Positions 13,563 to 23,374 of a stretch of 64,000 nt of DNA are shown in pieces. The position numbers were made by a program, and so were the translations under genes. The DNA lies in contig CAUVXB020000002.1 of NCBI GenBank assembly GCA_963555825.3, positions 2,720,001 to 2,784,000 of the forward strand, read 5' to 3'. The notes beneath the pieces were generated by a model that ran no database searches, was not told the DNA's origin, and saw only the letters and a list, made by a program, of their open reading frames with translations. Source of the DNA: Alphaproteobacteria bacterium. GTDB taxonomy: Bacteria; Pseudomonadota; Alphaproteobacteria; JAAXGF01. Each line of letters begins with the position of its first letter. Positions within the stretch are counted from its first letter, which is position 1.

Positions 13563-14390
13563 CTATTCGTTCAGCCGGCTGCGCATGGTGTCGAGCAGCG
13601 CGGTCAGCGCCGCGACATCCTCGGCGAGCGCCGCGGCCACGCCGTCGAGCCGGCCGCGTTCGGCCTCGAGCGCGGCGATGCCGCCGCTAAGCTCGTCGGT
13701 CTTTTGCTGCAGGCCCGCCAGCTCCGCCTTTGCCGCCTCGGCTGCGGCGCGCAGCGCCTCGGCGTCGGCTAGCTCGGCCTCAATTGCCTCGAGCGCGGCG
13801 ACCGCGTTCGGATAGTCCCCGATCGCCTGACGCTCGGCGCCGAGCTGCGCACGCAGGCTCGAGACCTGGTTGGCGAGCGCGCTGCGCTCGGCATCGAGCG
13901 AGGCGGTCTCGTCACTCAACGACGAATAGCCGATCACCACGACGACGGCGAGCACGGCGGCGGTCAGCCAACCCAGCCGCCCGGCGCTCATCCCGCCGCC
14001 CGGCTTGGCCGCCGACGTGGCCAGCGGAGCGCCGCCGCCCACGCCGGTCGTGCCGCCTGTGCCGGCCGGCGACGATGTCGTGTCGGCCGCCGCACCCTCG
14101 GCGCGTGTCGCCGGTGTCTCGTCGAACTTCGCCGCGACCGTCGCCGCGACCGAGGGCGCGGCATCGTCGGCGGGCGCCGCGCCGCCGGGCACCGCCGGCG
14201 CGTTCTCGTCGGCTGCCGGCTTTACCGGGCGGGGCTTCGCGGCCTTGCTCGTGCGACCCTTGGGTCGTCGGCCGGCGGCGTCTTCACCGCTCGCCGCGGT
14301 CGCGTCATCTTTCCCGGTCGCGGGCGGGGCATCCGGCTTCGGCGGTCCCGACTCTTCGGGTTTTTCGTCTGGTTGTTTCTCGTCGGCCAT
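13563..14390 (-). CDS. Hypothetical membrane-anchored coiled-coil protein
   Basis: Pro/Ala-rich N-terminus, one hydrophobic helix (LGWLTAAVLAVVVVIGY), C-terminal coiled coil. Confidence 0.7.
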   Translation of the reverse strand: MADEKQPDEKPEESGPPKPDAPPATGKDDATAASGEDAAGRRPKGRTSKAAKPRPVKPAADENAPAVPGGAAPADDAAPSVAATVAAKFDETPATRAEGAAADTTSSPAGTGGTTGVGGGAPLATSAAKPGGGMSAGRLGWLTAAVLAVVVVIGYSSLSDETASLDAERSALANQVSSLRAQLGAERQAIGDYPNAVAALEAIEAELADAEALRAAAEAAKAELAGLQQKTDELSGGIAALEAERGRLDGVAAALAEDVAALTALLDTMRSRLNE

Positions 14391-14510
14391 TTCCACACCT
14401 CGTTTACGTGCCGCGGCCGGACGGGCCCGACGCGACGCTATAGTCTATCTCATCATAGCCGAGCGGTGGCCGAACGGGCAGAACTCAGTTCGGTGCCTCG
14501 TCGGAGTGTG

Positions 14511-14810
14511 ATACCAAGGGTCAGTGATAAAGGCCCCTAGAGATCGCGTCCGCTTTTCGCCGGTGAGGCAAGGCAGCCGCGGGCGATGCAGTGCATCGGC
14601 TAGGCAACCTGGCGCCCTCCGGCGATAAGCAGCCGCGACCCGAAGAGCGGCTTGCCGAGGCTCTCGCCCGCTATCAGACTGGCGGACGTCGTTCCACCCG
14701 TCTCGCGATGCCCCTCCTATTGCCATACATGGGCATCGCGGCGACGGGCGCGCCTAGCCGAGAACCACGGCAAGCCGTCTCTACGGGTCTTTATCACTGA
14801 CCCTTGGTAT
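14511..14810. mobile_element. 300-bp MITE-like element
   Basis: 26-bp terminal IRs, 25/26 identical (ATACCAAGGGTCAGTGATAAAGGCCC / GGGTCTTTATCACTGACCCTTGGTAT). Nested internal hairpins, no credible ORF. Confidence 0.82.
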
Positions 14811-15943
14811 TAAGCGAGCCGGTCGAGCGCCTCGAACAACCGGTCGACATCGTCGGCCGTGTTGAACAGATGCGGGCTGACGCGCAGCGTGCCCGAACGG
14901 ATACTGATGTAGACCCGCTCGGCGGCGAGTGCCGGGCCCAGGCTGGCGGGGAAGCCGCCCGGCCGGCGCAGGCCGATGTAGTGACCGACGCGGTGGTCGG
15001 CGGGTGGCGTGGTGAAGTCGCGCTCGGCGCCCTTCTCGGCGATGCGGTCGGTCAGCGGCCGCAGCGTCTCGCCGATCGCGGCCGGCGTCCAGGCGGTAAT
15101 CTGGTCCATCGAGGCTGCCGCCATCGGCAGGTGGATGGCATTGAACACCTGGCCCATGTCGTAGCGCCGTGCGCCGGGCGCGCCTTCTTCCGGATAGAGC
15201 GTCGGCCCGTCGACCGCCGTGGCGTCGAGGCGGTTGTACATATGGCCTTCCAGAGCGCGGCCGTCCTGGCGCTCGGGCGCGGCGTAGAGGAAGGCGAGTG
15301 TGTAAGGGCAGAACAGCCACTTGTAGCCCGAGGCGATCAGGAAATCGGGCCGGATGCGGCCGACGTCGAGCGCCATGGCGCCGACCGACTGGGTCGCGTC
15401 GAGCACCAACGCGGCGCCGGTCTCGCGGCAGCGCGCGCCGACCGCCTCGGCGTCGATCGCCGCGCCGTTGGTCCAGCGGCAGGCCGCCATGGCGGCGACG
15501 GCCGTCTCAGGCCCGATGCGCTCGATCACGGCGGTCGTCCAGTCGCCGTCGGCCGGCTCGGCCACGGTCTCGATGCGCGCGCCGGTGTCGCGCGCGAGAT
15601 CCCGCCAAGTGAAGAAGTTCGACGGGAACGGCTCCTCGGGCACCACGATGGCCTGGCCCGCCGCGACCGGCAGGTTGAGCGCCGCGGTCGCGACGCCGTA
15701 GCTCGCCGCCGGCACGATGGCGACGTCGTCGGCCTCGGCGCCGATCATGCCGGCGAACAGGCCGCGCACCCGCTCCGCGGTTTGCATCGCCTCGTCCGCA
15801 TCGCGCTCCCAGGGGCGCAGCCGGCGCGTCACCGCAGCCTCGCCGGCGGCGATCGCCGCCGTCGTCAGCGGCGAGCGCGAGGCGCAGTTGAGAAAGGTGA
15901 TTTCGTCGGGGATGTCGAACAGGTGACGCTGGTCGTCGATCAT
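14810..15943 (-). CDS. Class V PLP-dependent aminotransferase / cysteine desulfurase-like enzyme
   Basis: FLNCASRSPL, LVLDATQSVGA, ASGYKWLFCPY (PLP Lys), LRVSPHLFNT..DVDRL. Confidence 0.9.
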   Translation of the reverse strand: MIDDQRHLFDIPDEITFLNCASRSPLTTAAIAAGEAAVTRRLRPWERDADEAMQTAERVRGLFAGMIGAEADDVAIVPAASYGVATAALNLPVAAGQAIVVPEEPFPSNFFTWRDLARDTGARIETVAEPADGDWTTAVIERIGPETAVAAMAACRWTNGAAIDAEAVGARCRETGAALVLDATQSVGAMALDVGRIRPDFLIASGYKWLFCPYTLAFLYAAPERQDGRALEGHMYNRLDATAVDGPTLYPEEGAPGARRYDMGQVFNAIHLPMAAASMDQITAWTPAAIGETLRPLTDRIAEKGAERDFTTPPADHRVGHYIGLRRPGGFPASLGPALAAERVYISIRSGTLRVSPHLFNTADDVDRLFEALDRLA

Positions 15944-16093
15944 GGATGTCGATCCGGAAATGATTGGTCCGTCGACGCGAAGGACGACTTGTACGCCATT
16001 CGCCGCCGTCGGGTACACGATCTTTCTCGACCAAGCGTCGGTCGCCGCCGGCCAGCGAGGCAGGTTAGCTCGCGCCGCGATACGGCAGCCGGC

Positions 16094-17863
16094 TCAGTCC
16101 GGCAATCCAGCCTTGCGCAGACCCTCGCCGTGGTGGGCCAGATCGCCGGGCTCACCGTAAGTCAGGCGCTCGAGGTAATCGGCAATCGAGAAATCGGGCT
16201 TCAGCTGCAGCACTTGCGCCTTTTGCAGCTCGGCGTCGGCGTCGTCGCCCATGTATGCGTGGCACGCCGCCATGTCGGCGTGGTGCTGCCAGCGCGGTGT
16301 CGGTATCTGTTTATAGGCCTCGATTGCCTCGGCATAGCGGTGCTCGCCGAGGCGCGCGCGGCCCAGCAGGTGCGCGAAGCTTCCCGCCCCAAGGGGATCG
16401 AGACGCATCGCCTTCTCGACCCACTCGGCACCCTCGGCGTGGCGGCCCATCCAGGTCATCAGCTCGCCGCGTTGCGCGGCCATGCGCGGGTCGTTCGGAT
16501 TCATCGCGAAGGCGCGGTTGTGGTACTGCTCTGCCTGATCGAGCTGGCAGAGCTCCATGTTGATCTCGCACAGGATGCGCAGGCACTCCATGTCGTTCTC
16601 GTCGAGCGCCAGCGCCTTCTCGGCGTTGGCGACGCGCTGCGCCGACCACGATTCCGGCACGTCCGCGTAGCCGCGCAGGACACCCTGGCGCAAGGTGCAG
16701 GCCTTCCAGGCATAGGCCGGGGCGTATTCCGGGTCGAGATCGATCGCCTTGTTGAGGACGTCGATCGCCTCGGCGTTGGCCTCCTTGGTGCCGCGGTGAT
16801 GGAGGACCTTGCTGCGCAGCACATAATCATAGGCGGCCAGGTCCTGCGGCGGCTTGCGCTTGACGCGCTCGATGTCGGCCGCCTCGAGGCGCGCCGGCAG
16901 CGCGCCGACGATCGCCTGGGTCAGCTCGTCCTGGATCTCGAAGATGTCGGTCAGCTCGCGGTCGTAGCGCTCGGCCCAGACGTGGTTCTCGGTCGCCGCC
17001 TCGACGAGCTGGACGGTGACGCGCACTCGATTGCCGGCCTTGCGGATGCTGCCCTCGACGACGTAATGGACGCCCAGCTCGCGGCCGACGTCCTCGACGC
17101 GCACCGATTTGCCCTTGTAAGTGAATGTCGAGTTGCGGGCGATCACGAACAGACTCGGAAAACGCGCCAGCTCGGTGATGATGTCCTCGGTGATGCCGTC
17201 GGCGAAGAACTCCTGCTCGGCATCGCCCGACATGTTGACGAAGGGCAGCACGGCGATCGACGGCTTGTCGGGCAGGGCGGGTCCTGGCTTGGGCGCGTCG
17301 TCCGGGGCGGCCTTCCCGGCGTCGGTCGGCACACCGTCGATCAGCACCTTGAAGACGTGGATCGGGCGCGGGATGTTCTTGACCGCGATCTCGCCCATGT
17401 CTTCGAAGACGTAGGGCAGCTTGTCCCGGACCTGGTTGTACACCTCACGCCTGACGGAGATGCCGTCGGGATCGGCGATCTCCTGCAGCCGCGCCGCGAT
17501 GTTGACGCCGTCGCCGTAAATATCGTCGCCGTCGATTATGATGTCGCCAAGGTTGATGCCGATGCGGAAGCAAATGGACTCATCGTCGGGCCGCCCAGCG
17601 TTTTGTTCGATCACCGAGCGCTGAACTTCGACGGAGGATTCGACGGCGTCGACGACGCTCGCGTATTCGATCAGCGCGCCGTCGCCCATCAGCTTGACAA
17701 TGCGCCCGTGATATTTGGCGATGATCGGGTCGATGAGATCGCGGCGCAGCACCTTCAAGGCGTTCAGCGTGCCCGTCTCGTCGTTCGCCATCATGCGGCT
17801 GTAACCGCAGACGTCCGCGCTCACGATCGCGGCGAGCCTGCGCTCGATGTCCTGGCGCGCCAC
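16094..17863 (-). CDS. Class III adenylate cyclase with TolB-like and TPR domains
   Basis: RRLAAIVSADVCGYSRMM, KLMGDG, DIYGDGVNIAARLQ, KPSIAVLPFVNMSGD, C-terminal TPRs. Confidence 0.93.
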   Translation of the reverse strand: MARQDIERRLAAIVSADVCGYSRMMANDETGTLNALKVLRRDLIDPIIAKYHGRIVKLMGDGALIEYASVVDAVESSVEVQRSVIEQNAGRPDDESICFRIGINLGDIIIDGDDIYGDGVNIAARLQEIADPDGISVRREVYNQVRDKLPYVFEDMGEIAVKNIPRPIHVFKVLIDGVPTDAGKAAPDDAPKPGPALPDKPSIAVLPFVNMSGDAEQEFFADGITEDIITELARFPSLFVIARNSTFTYKGKSVRVEDVGRELGVHYVVEGSIRKAGNRVRVTVQLVEAATENHVWAERYDRELTDIFEIQDELTQAIVGALPARLEAADIERVKRKPPQDLAAYDYVLRSKVLHHRGTKEANAEAIDVLNKAIDLDPEYAPAYAWKACTLRQGVLRGYADVPESWSAQRVANAEKALALDENDMECLRILCEINMELCQLDQAEQYHNRAFAMNPNDPRMAAQRGELMTWMGRHAEGAEWVEKAMRLDPLGAGSFAHLLGRARLGEHRYAEAIEAYKQIPTPRWQHHADMAACHAYMGDDADAELQKAQVLQLKPDFSIADYLERLTYGEPGDLAHHGEGLRKAGLPD

Positions 17864-18101
17864 GCCACCCTCCGTTTGCTCCGTTCGACTTTTGCAGGGC
17901 AGTCTAGGCGACGGCGGGCCTTGTGTCTAACGGTCGGAATGCCGCGCGCTAGCTTCGGTTTCGAGCGCCGCGGCGGCGAGGATGTCGGCGCGTCGTCCGA
18001 TTGGCGGCGCGATGCGCTCGGCCTTGGGGTGCGCGTCGAGATCGAATGCGTCGCCCTCGCCAAACACGACTGACCGCGTCACTGTTGGATAAACGGTAGA
18101 G

Positions 18102-18198
18102 GAACCACAGAGACACAGAGACACAGTGTTTGTTGGGGCGGGTTTGAAACCCGCCCCTACGGTGTGAATTCCTCTGTGTCTCTGTGTCTTTGTGGTTC
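18102..18198. repeat. Composite hairpin: REP (18132-18160) inside inverted ACACAGAG octamer arrays
   Basis: GAACCACAGAGACACAGAGACACAG ... GTTGGGGCGGGTTTGAAACCCGCCCCTAC ... CTCTGTGTCTCTGTGTCTTTGTGGTTC. Confidence 0.88.
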
Positions 18199-18214
18199 GC
18201 CCGTCAACTGAACC

Positions 18215-21200
18215 TTAGGATCCGTCGTCAACCGCTTGGCGCGCGGTCTCGATCGGGCCGAGCACGAGCAGCAGATCCTTGGTCTCGACCTCGGCGCCGG
18301 GCTCGACGAGCAGTTCGGTGACGGTGCCGGCCTCGTCGGCGAACACCGTGCTCTCCATCTTCATCGCCTCGATGGCGACCAGCGGGTCGCCGCGTTCGAC
18401 GCGTTGGCCGGCGTCGACCGAGACCGAGACGATACGCCCCGGCATCGGCGCGCCGATCTGGCCCGCCTCGCCGTCCTTGATCTTGCGACGCGTCGGCCGC
18501 GCCAGGCTCAGCGCACGGTCGTCGATGGTCACCGTGCGCGGCTGGCCGTTGAGCTCGAAGAAGATCGTTCGCCGGCCCTTGTCGTCGGCCTCGCCGGTCG
18601 CGAGATAGCGGATCACCAGCCGCTTGCCGGGGCCGATGTCGATGTCGAACTCCTCGCCCGGCCGCGGGCCATAGAAGAACTGCGGCGTCGCCAGCAGGCC
18701 GACGTCCGAATAGGCGCGGCGGTGCTCGGCGTAATCGAGGAAGACCTTGGGATAGAGCAGATAGGCGGCAAGCTCGTGGTCGCTCGCCGCGCGCCGGAGT
18801 TTGTGCTCGAGCTCCTCGCGCGCCGCGTCGAGGTCGACCGGGTCCATCAGCGAGCCGGGGCGCACGGTGATCGGGGTGGCGCCGCGCAGCACCTTGCGCT
18901 GCAGCGCCTCGGGGAAGCCGCCCGGCGGCTGGCCGAGCTCGCCGCGGAAGTACGCGACCACCGAATCGGGGAACGACACCTCGCGTTCGGGGTCGGTGAC
19001 GTCGGCGGCCGTGAGGCCGTGCGAGACCATGAACAGCGCCATGTCGCCGACCACCTTCGAGGTCGGCGTCACCTTGATGATGTCGCCGAACATGCGGTTG
19101 ACCTCGGCGTAAGCCGCGAGCACCTCGGGCCAGTGATGCTCGAGGCCCAGCGCGCGCGCCTGCTGGCGCAGGTTGGTGTACTGCCCGCCGGGGATCTCGT
19201 TTTGATAGATCTCCGACGTCGAGGCGCGCATGTCGCTCTCGAAGGCGGCATAGAGCGGGCGCACGCCTTCCCAGTATCGCGCGACTTCGGCGATCGCCCG
19301 GCGCGGCAAGCCGGTATCGCGTGGGCCGCCGCGCAGCGCCTCGGCGATGGCGCCGAGGCTCGGCTGCGAGGTCAGCCCGCTGAGCGCGTCCATGGCGGCG
19401 TCGGCGGCGTCGACGCCGGCCTCGGCCGCCGCCAGCACGCTGGCCGACGAGGTGCCCGCGGTGTCGTGGGTGTGGAAGTGGATCGGCAGGCCGATTTCCT
19501 GGCGCAGTGTCGAGACCAGGATACGCGCGGCCTCGGGCTTGCAGACGCCGGCCATGTCCTTGATGCCCAGGATATGCGCGCCCGCGGCCTCGAGCTCCTT
19601 GGCCAGGCCGACGTAGTATTTCAGGTCGTATTTGTCGCGCGCCGGGTCGGTCAGGTCGCCGGTGTAGCAGATCGCCGCCTCGCACAGCTGGCCGCTTTCG
19701 AGCACTGCGTCCATCGCGACGCGCATGTTTTCGATCCAATTCAGCGCGTCGAACACCCGGAACAGGTCGATGCCGGCATCGGCGGCTTGGCCGATGAAGA
19801 AGCGGACGACGTTGTCCGGGTAGTTGGTGTAGCCGACCGCGTTGGAGCCGCGCAGGAGCATCTGCAGCATCTGGCTGGGCATCGCCTCGCGCATCGCCGC
19901 GAGCCGCGCCCAGGGGTCTTCGTTGAGGAAGCGCATGGCGACGTCGAAGGTCGCGCCGCCCCAGACCTCGAGCGAGAACAGGCCTTTCAGGCCGGTCTCG
20001 TAGGCGGCGGCCGGTCGGGTCAGGTCGTAGCCGCGCAGGCGTGTGGCGAGCAGCGACTGGTGGGCGTCGCGGAACGTCGTGTCGGTCATCAAAAGGCGCG
20101 TCTCGTCGCGCATCCACTGGGCGAAGCCCTCGGCGCCGCGTTGCTTGAAGATATCGCGTGTGCCGGTCGCGTCGTCGGGCTCGACCGCGGGCCGCGGCGG
20201 CACCGTGCGCACGGTGGCGGGCGGCCGGCCGGCGACCTCGGGGTTGCCGTTGACCAGCGTCTCGCCGATGAAGGTGAGGAGCCGCGTCGCCCGGTCGCGG
20301 CGCAGCGGGAAGTGGAACAGCTCGGGCGTCTCGTCGATGAAGCGCGTCGTCAGATCGCCGGTCACGAAGGACGGGTGCCCGATGACCGCCTCGAGGAAGG
20401 CGAGGTTGGTCTTGACGCCGCGGATGCGGAACTCGCGCAGCGCGCGGTCCATGCGCTGGACCGCTTCCTCGCGTGTCGGCGCCCAGGCGATGACCTTCTC
20501 CAAGAGCGAATCGAAATGCGGCGTGATCAGCGCGCCCGAGAACGCCGTGCCGCCGTCGAGCCGGATGCCGAAGCCGGCGGCGCCGCGATAGGCCGAGATG
20601 CGCCCGTAATCGGGGATGAACTGGTTCTCGGGGTCCTCGGTGGTGATCCGGCACTGGATCGCGCAGCCGTTGAGCCGCAGCGCGTCCTGGGCCGGCACGC
20701 CCGAGCCGGCGTCGCCGATGCGCGCGCCCTGGGCGATGCGGATCTGCGCCTTGACGAGGTCGACGCCGGTGACCACCTCGGTGACGGTATGCTCGACCTG
20801 GATACGCGGGTTGACCTCGATGAAGTAGAAACGCGCGCCGTCGACGTCGTAGAGGAACTCGACGGTGCCAGCGTTGAGATAATTCGCCGCCTTGGCGAGC
20901 CGCACGCCGGCGTCGCACAGCGCCGCGCGCTCGGCATCGTCGAGCGTCACGGCCGGCGCGACCTCGATGATCTTCTGGTGGCGCCGCTGGACCGTGCAGT
21001 CGCGCTCGAACAGGTGGCAGACGGTGCCGTGGGCGTCGCCCAGCACCTGGACCTCGATATGGCGGGCGCGCTCGACCAGGCGCTCGAAGAAGACCTCGTC
21101 GCGGCCGAAGGCGGCGCGCGCCTCGCGCCTGGCGGCGTCGACCTCGGTGGCCAGTTCGGCGGCGGCGCGCACGACGCGCATGCCGCGCCCGCCGCCGCCC

Positions 21201-21700
21201 CAGCTCGCCTTGATCATCAGCGGATAGCCGACCTCGCCGGCCAGGCGCGCCTCCTCGCCCGGCGGCACCACGCCGGTCGCCGGCAGCACCGGCACCCCGG
21301 CGCCCTCGGCCAGCGCGCGCGCCTCGACCTTGTCGCCCAGGCTGCGCAGCAAATCGGGCGGCGGGCCGATGAAGACCAGCCCGGCCGCGATGCAGGCCTC
21401 GGCGAAGTCGGGGTTCTCGGCAAGGAAGCCATAGCCCGGATGGATCGCGTCGGCGCCCGCCTCGCGGGCGACGCGCAGCACGTCGTCGATGTCGAGGTAG
21501 GCGCTGATCGGGTCGCGGCCGGCGCCAATCGGATAGCTCTCGTCGGCCTTGAAACGGTGCAGCGCGAAGCGGTCCTCATGGGCGTAGACCGCGACCGTCT
21601 TGAGACCCAGCTCGGTCGCCGCGCGCAGCACGCGTATGGCGATCTCGCTGCGGTTGGCGACCAGCAGCTTGCGGATCGCATGAAAGGACGGCTTCGTCAT
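18215..21700 (-). CDS. pyc: Pyruvate carboxylase
   Basis: Biotin carboxylase (LLVANRSEIAIR, HPGYGFLAEN), carboxyltransferase (DTTFRDAHQSLLATR, HFHTHDT), biotin carrier IEAMKME. Confidence 0.97.
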   Translation of the reverse strand: MTKPSFHAIRKLLVANRSEIAIRVLRAATELGLKTVAVYAHEDRFALHRFKADESYPIGAGRDPISAYLDIDDVLRVAREAGADAIHPGYGFLAENPDFAEACIAAGLVFIGPPPDLLRSLGDKVEARALAEGAGVPVLPATGVVPPGEEARLAGEVGYPLMIKASWGGGGRGMRVVRAAAELATEVDAARREARAAFGRDEVFFERLVERARHIEVQVLGDAHGTVCHLFERDCTVQRRHQKIIEVAPAVTLDDAERAALCDAGVRLAKAANYLNAGTVEFLYDVDGARFYFIEVNPRIQVEHTVTEVVTGVDLVKAQIRIAQGARIGDAGSGVPAQDALRLNGCAIQCRITTEDPENQFIPDYGRISAYRGAAGFGIRLDGGTAFSGALITPHFDSLLEKVIAWAPTREEAVQRMDRALREFRIRGVKTNLAFLEAVIGHPSFVTGDLTTRFIDETPELFHFPLRRDRATRLLTFIGETLVNGNPEVAGRPPATVRTVPPRPAVEPDDATGTRDIFKQRGAEGFAQWMRDETRLLMTDTTFRDAHQSLLATRLRGYDLTRPAAAYETGLKGLFSLEVWGGATFDVAMRFLNEDPWARLAAMREAMPSQMLQMLLRGSNAVGYTNYPDNVVRFFIGQAADAGIDLFRVFDALNWIENMRVAMDAVLESGQLCEAAICYTGDLTDPARDKYDLKYYVGLAKELEAAGAHILGIKDMAGVCKPEAARILVSTLRQEIGLPIHFHTHDTAGTSSASVLAAAEAGVDAADAAMDALSGLTSQPSLGAIAEALRGGPRDTGLPRRAIAEVARYWEGVRPLYAAFESDMRASTSEIYQNEIPGGQYTNLRQQARALGLEHHWPEVLAAYAEVNRMFGDIIKVTPTSKVVGDMALFMVSHGLTAADVTDPEREVSFPDSVVAYFRGELGQPPGGFPEALQRKVLRGATPITVRPGSLMDPVDLDAAREELEHKLRRAASDHELAAYLLYPKVFLDYAEHRRAYSDVGLLATPQFFYGPRPGEEFDIDIGPGKRLVIRYLATGEADDKGRRTIFFELNGQPRTVTIDDRALSLARPTRRKIKDGEAGQIGAPMPGRIVSVSVDAGQRVERGDPLVAIEAMKMESTVFADEAGTVTELLVEPGAEVETKDLLLVLGPIETARQAVDDGS

Positions 21701-21816
21701 GGTGCCATGCCCTGAATGCCCCGAGGCGCTCCGGTTACGCGACTCTCGCGCCGAAAGCAATCTTCCAGATGAACCGCCGGTCCGACAAAACAGATTTCAC
21801 CGCAGAGACATCTGCC

Positions 21817-21845
21817 GTAGGGGCGGGTTTCAAACCCGCCTCTAC
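21817..21845. repeat. GTAG-type REP palindrome with partial octamer flanks
   Basis: GTAGGGGCGGGTTTCAAACCCGCCTCTAC, with CACCGCAGAGAC upstream and CTCCGTGTCTCTGTGGTTC downstream. Confidence 0.88.
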
Positions 21846-21939
21846 AATAGCCTTCCCTCCGTGACCCTTCTCCGTGTCTCTGTGGTTCTGCCGCCTGAAA
21901 AGCGGTTGTCTCTGGATCGCCGCCGGGTAGTGTAGCGCG

Positions 21940-22932
21940 ATGAGCGATATCGACGACCTTGCCGGGGCCGTGCTGGGCGGCGAGCGGCGCGCGCTGGCGC
22001 GCGCGATCACGCTGATCGAATCGACCCGCGCCGATCATCAGGCCCGAGCGCAGGCGCTGCTCGCCGCGCTCTTGCCAAAGACCGGCGGGGCGCTGCGCAT
22101 CGGCATTTCGGGCGCGCCCGGCGTCGGCAAGTCGAGCTTCATCGAGACCTTCGGGCTCTATCTCATCGAGGCCGGCCACCGGATCGCTGTGCTCGCGGTC
22201 GATCCGTCGAGCAAGCGTTCGGGCGGCGCGCTGTTGGGCGACAAGACGCGCATGGCGGAGCTGGCGCGCGACCCGGCCGCCTTCATCCGGCCGTCGCCAG
22301 CGGGCGAGACGCTGGGCGGCGTCGCACGCCGCACGCGCGAGGCGATGTTGGTCTGCGAGGCGGCCGGCTTCGACGTCGTGATCGTCGAGACGGTCGGCGT
22401 CGGTCAATCCGAGACCGCCGTCGCCGACATGGTCGACGCCTTCGTCCTGCTGCTCGCGCCGGGCGGCGGCGACGAGCTGCAGGGGCTCAAGAAGGGCGTC
22501 GTCGAGCTGGCCGACGTGATCGTCGTCAACAAGGCCGACGGTGGGCTCGCCGAGGCGGCCAAGCGGGTCCAGGCCGACTATCGTGGCGCGCTCGGCCTGT
22601 TGCGCCCGGCGAGCGCGCACTGGTCACCCCGGGTGCTCGCCTGCTCGGCGCTCGACGGCAGCGGCATCGCCGAGGTCTGGGCGGCGCTCGGCGACTATCG
22701 CGCGTCGCTCGAGCCGGCCGGCGAGATCGCCCGGCGCCGGGCCGCGCAGTCGGGCGCCTGGATGTGGACCGAGCTGCGCGCCGGGCTGTTGGCCGACTTC
22801 ACCGGCCAGTCGGGCGTCGCCGAGGCGATCGCGTCGCTCGAGGCGCGCGTCGTTGCCGGCGCGATGACGCCCCATGCGGCGGCGCGCGAGCTGCTCGCGC
22901 TGGCCCGCGGCACGGCTGGTGAAACGACTTGA
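21940..22932 (+). CDS. meaB: Methylmalonyl-CoA mutase-associated GTPase MeaB
   Basis: RRALARAITLIEST, GISGAPGVGKSS, LAVDPSS, GDKTRM, ETVGVGQSE, GDELQGLKKG, VVNKAD. Confidence 0.96.
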   Translation: MSDIDDLAGAVLGGERRALARAITLIESTRADHQARAQALLAALLPKTGGALRIGISGAPGVGKSSFIETFGLYLIEAGHRIAVLAVDPSSKRSGGALLGDKTRMAELARDPAAFIRPSPAGETLGGVARRTREAMLVCEAAGFDVVIVETVGVGQSETAVADMVDAFVLLLAPGGGDELQGLKKGVVELADVIVVNKADGGLAEAAKRVQADYRGALGLLRPASAHWSPRVLACSALDGSGIAEVWAALGDYRASLEPAGEIARRRAAQSGAWMWTELRAGLLADFTGQSGVAEAIASLEARVVAGAMTPHAAARELLALARGTAGETT

Positions 22933-22956
22933 CGGCGACGGTCCGCTGGCCTAAAT
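22928..22956 (+). promoter_or_regulatory. Putative housekeeping promoter of rpmB
   Basis: CTTGAC-N17-CTAAAT, close to the alphaproteobacterial RpoD consensus. Confidence 0.55.
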
Positions 22957-23022
22957 CTCGCGGCCTATCGCGCGCGGCGCTTTCGGGTGGCCGCGCTTTC
23001 CAACGTCACGAGGACTGGTCAG

Positions 23023-23313
23023 ATGACCCGACGCTGCGAGCTGACGGGGAAGGCCGTAATCACCGGCAACAACGTGAGCCACGCGCATAACAAGACGCGG
23101 CGGCGCTTCTTGCCCAACCTGCAGCGGACCTCGCTGCAGAGCGAGACGCTCGGCCAGATGGTGCGCCTGCGCATCACGCCGCACGCCATGCGCACGGTCG
23201 ACCGGCACGGTGGTCTCGACGCCTTTCTCCTGAAGGCCAAGGACGACAAGCTGTCGCTCAACGCCCGCCGCCTCAAACGGCGCATCGCCAAGGTGGCCGC
23301 CGCCGCTGACTGA
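23023..23313 (+). CDS. rpmB: 50S ribosomal protein L28
   Basis: [10 protein letters not shown]...[20 protein letters not shown]...GGLDAFLL. Confidence 0.97.
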   Translation: MTRRCELTGKAVITGNNVSHAHNKTRRRFLPNLQRTSLQSETLGQMVRLRITPHAMRTVDRHGGLDAFLLKAKDDKLSLNARRLKRRIAKVAAAAD

Positions 23314-23374
23314 ACGCCGCCCCGCGCGGTCCCCGCGCCCCGGTTATGTTTCCGCTCCAAATCGTGACGCCCAT

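Noticed and set aside
14804-18073. 1089-aa plus-strand ORF
   Set aside because: Antisense shadow spanning the aminotransferase and cyclase genes.
17927-18124. Small ORFs between the cyclase and pyc (possible toxin remnant)
   Set aside because: No recognisable motif or RBS, and the start lies in repeat sequence.
18228-21715. 896-aa and 1159-aa ORFs overlapping pyc
   Set aside because: Alternate-frame and antisense shadows with Arg/Gly/Pro-rich, non-protein-like composition.
23314-23374. tRNA or att site at the island boundary
   Set aside because: No cloverleaf, no integrase, and no matching direct repeat seen near 55.5 kb.
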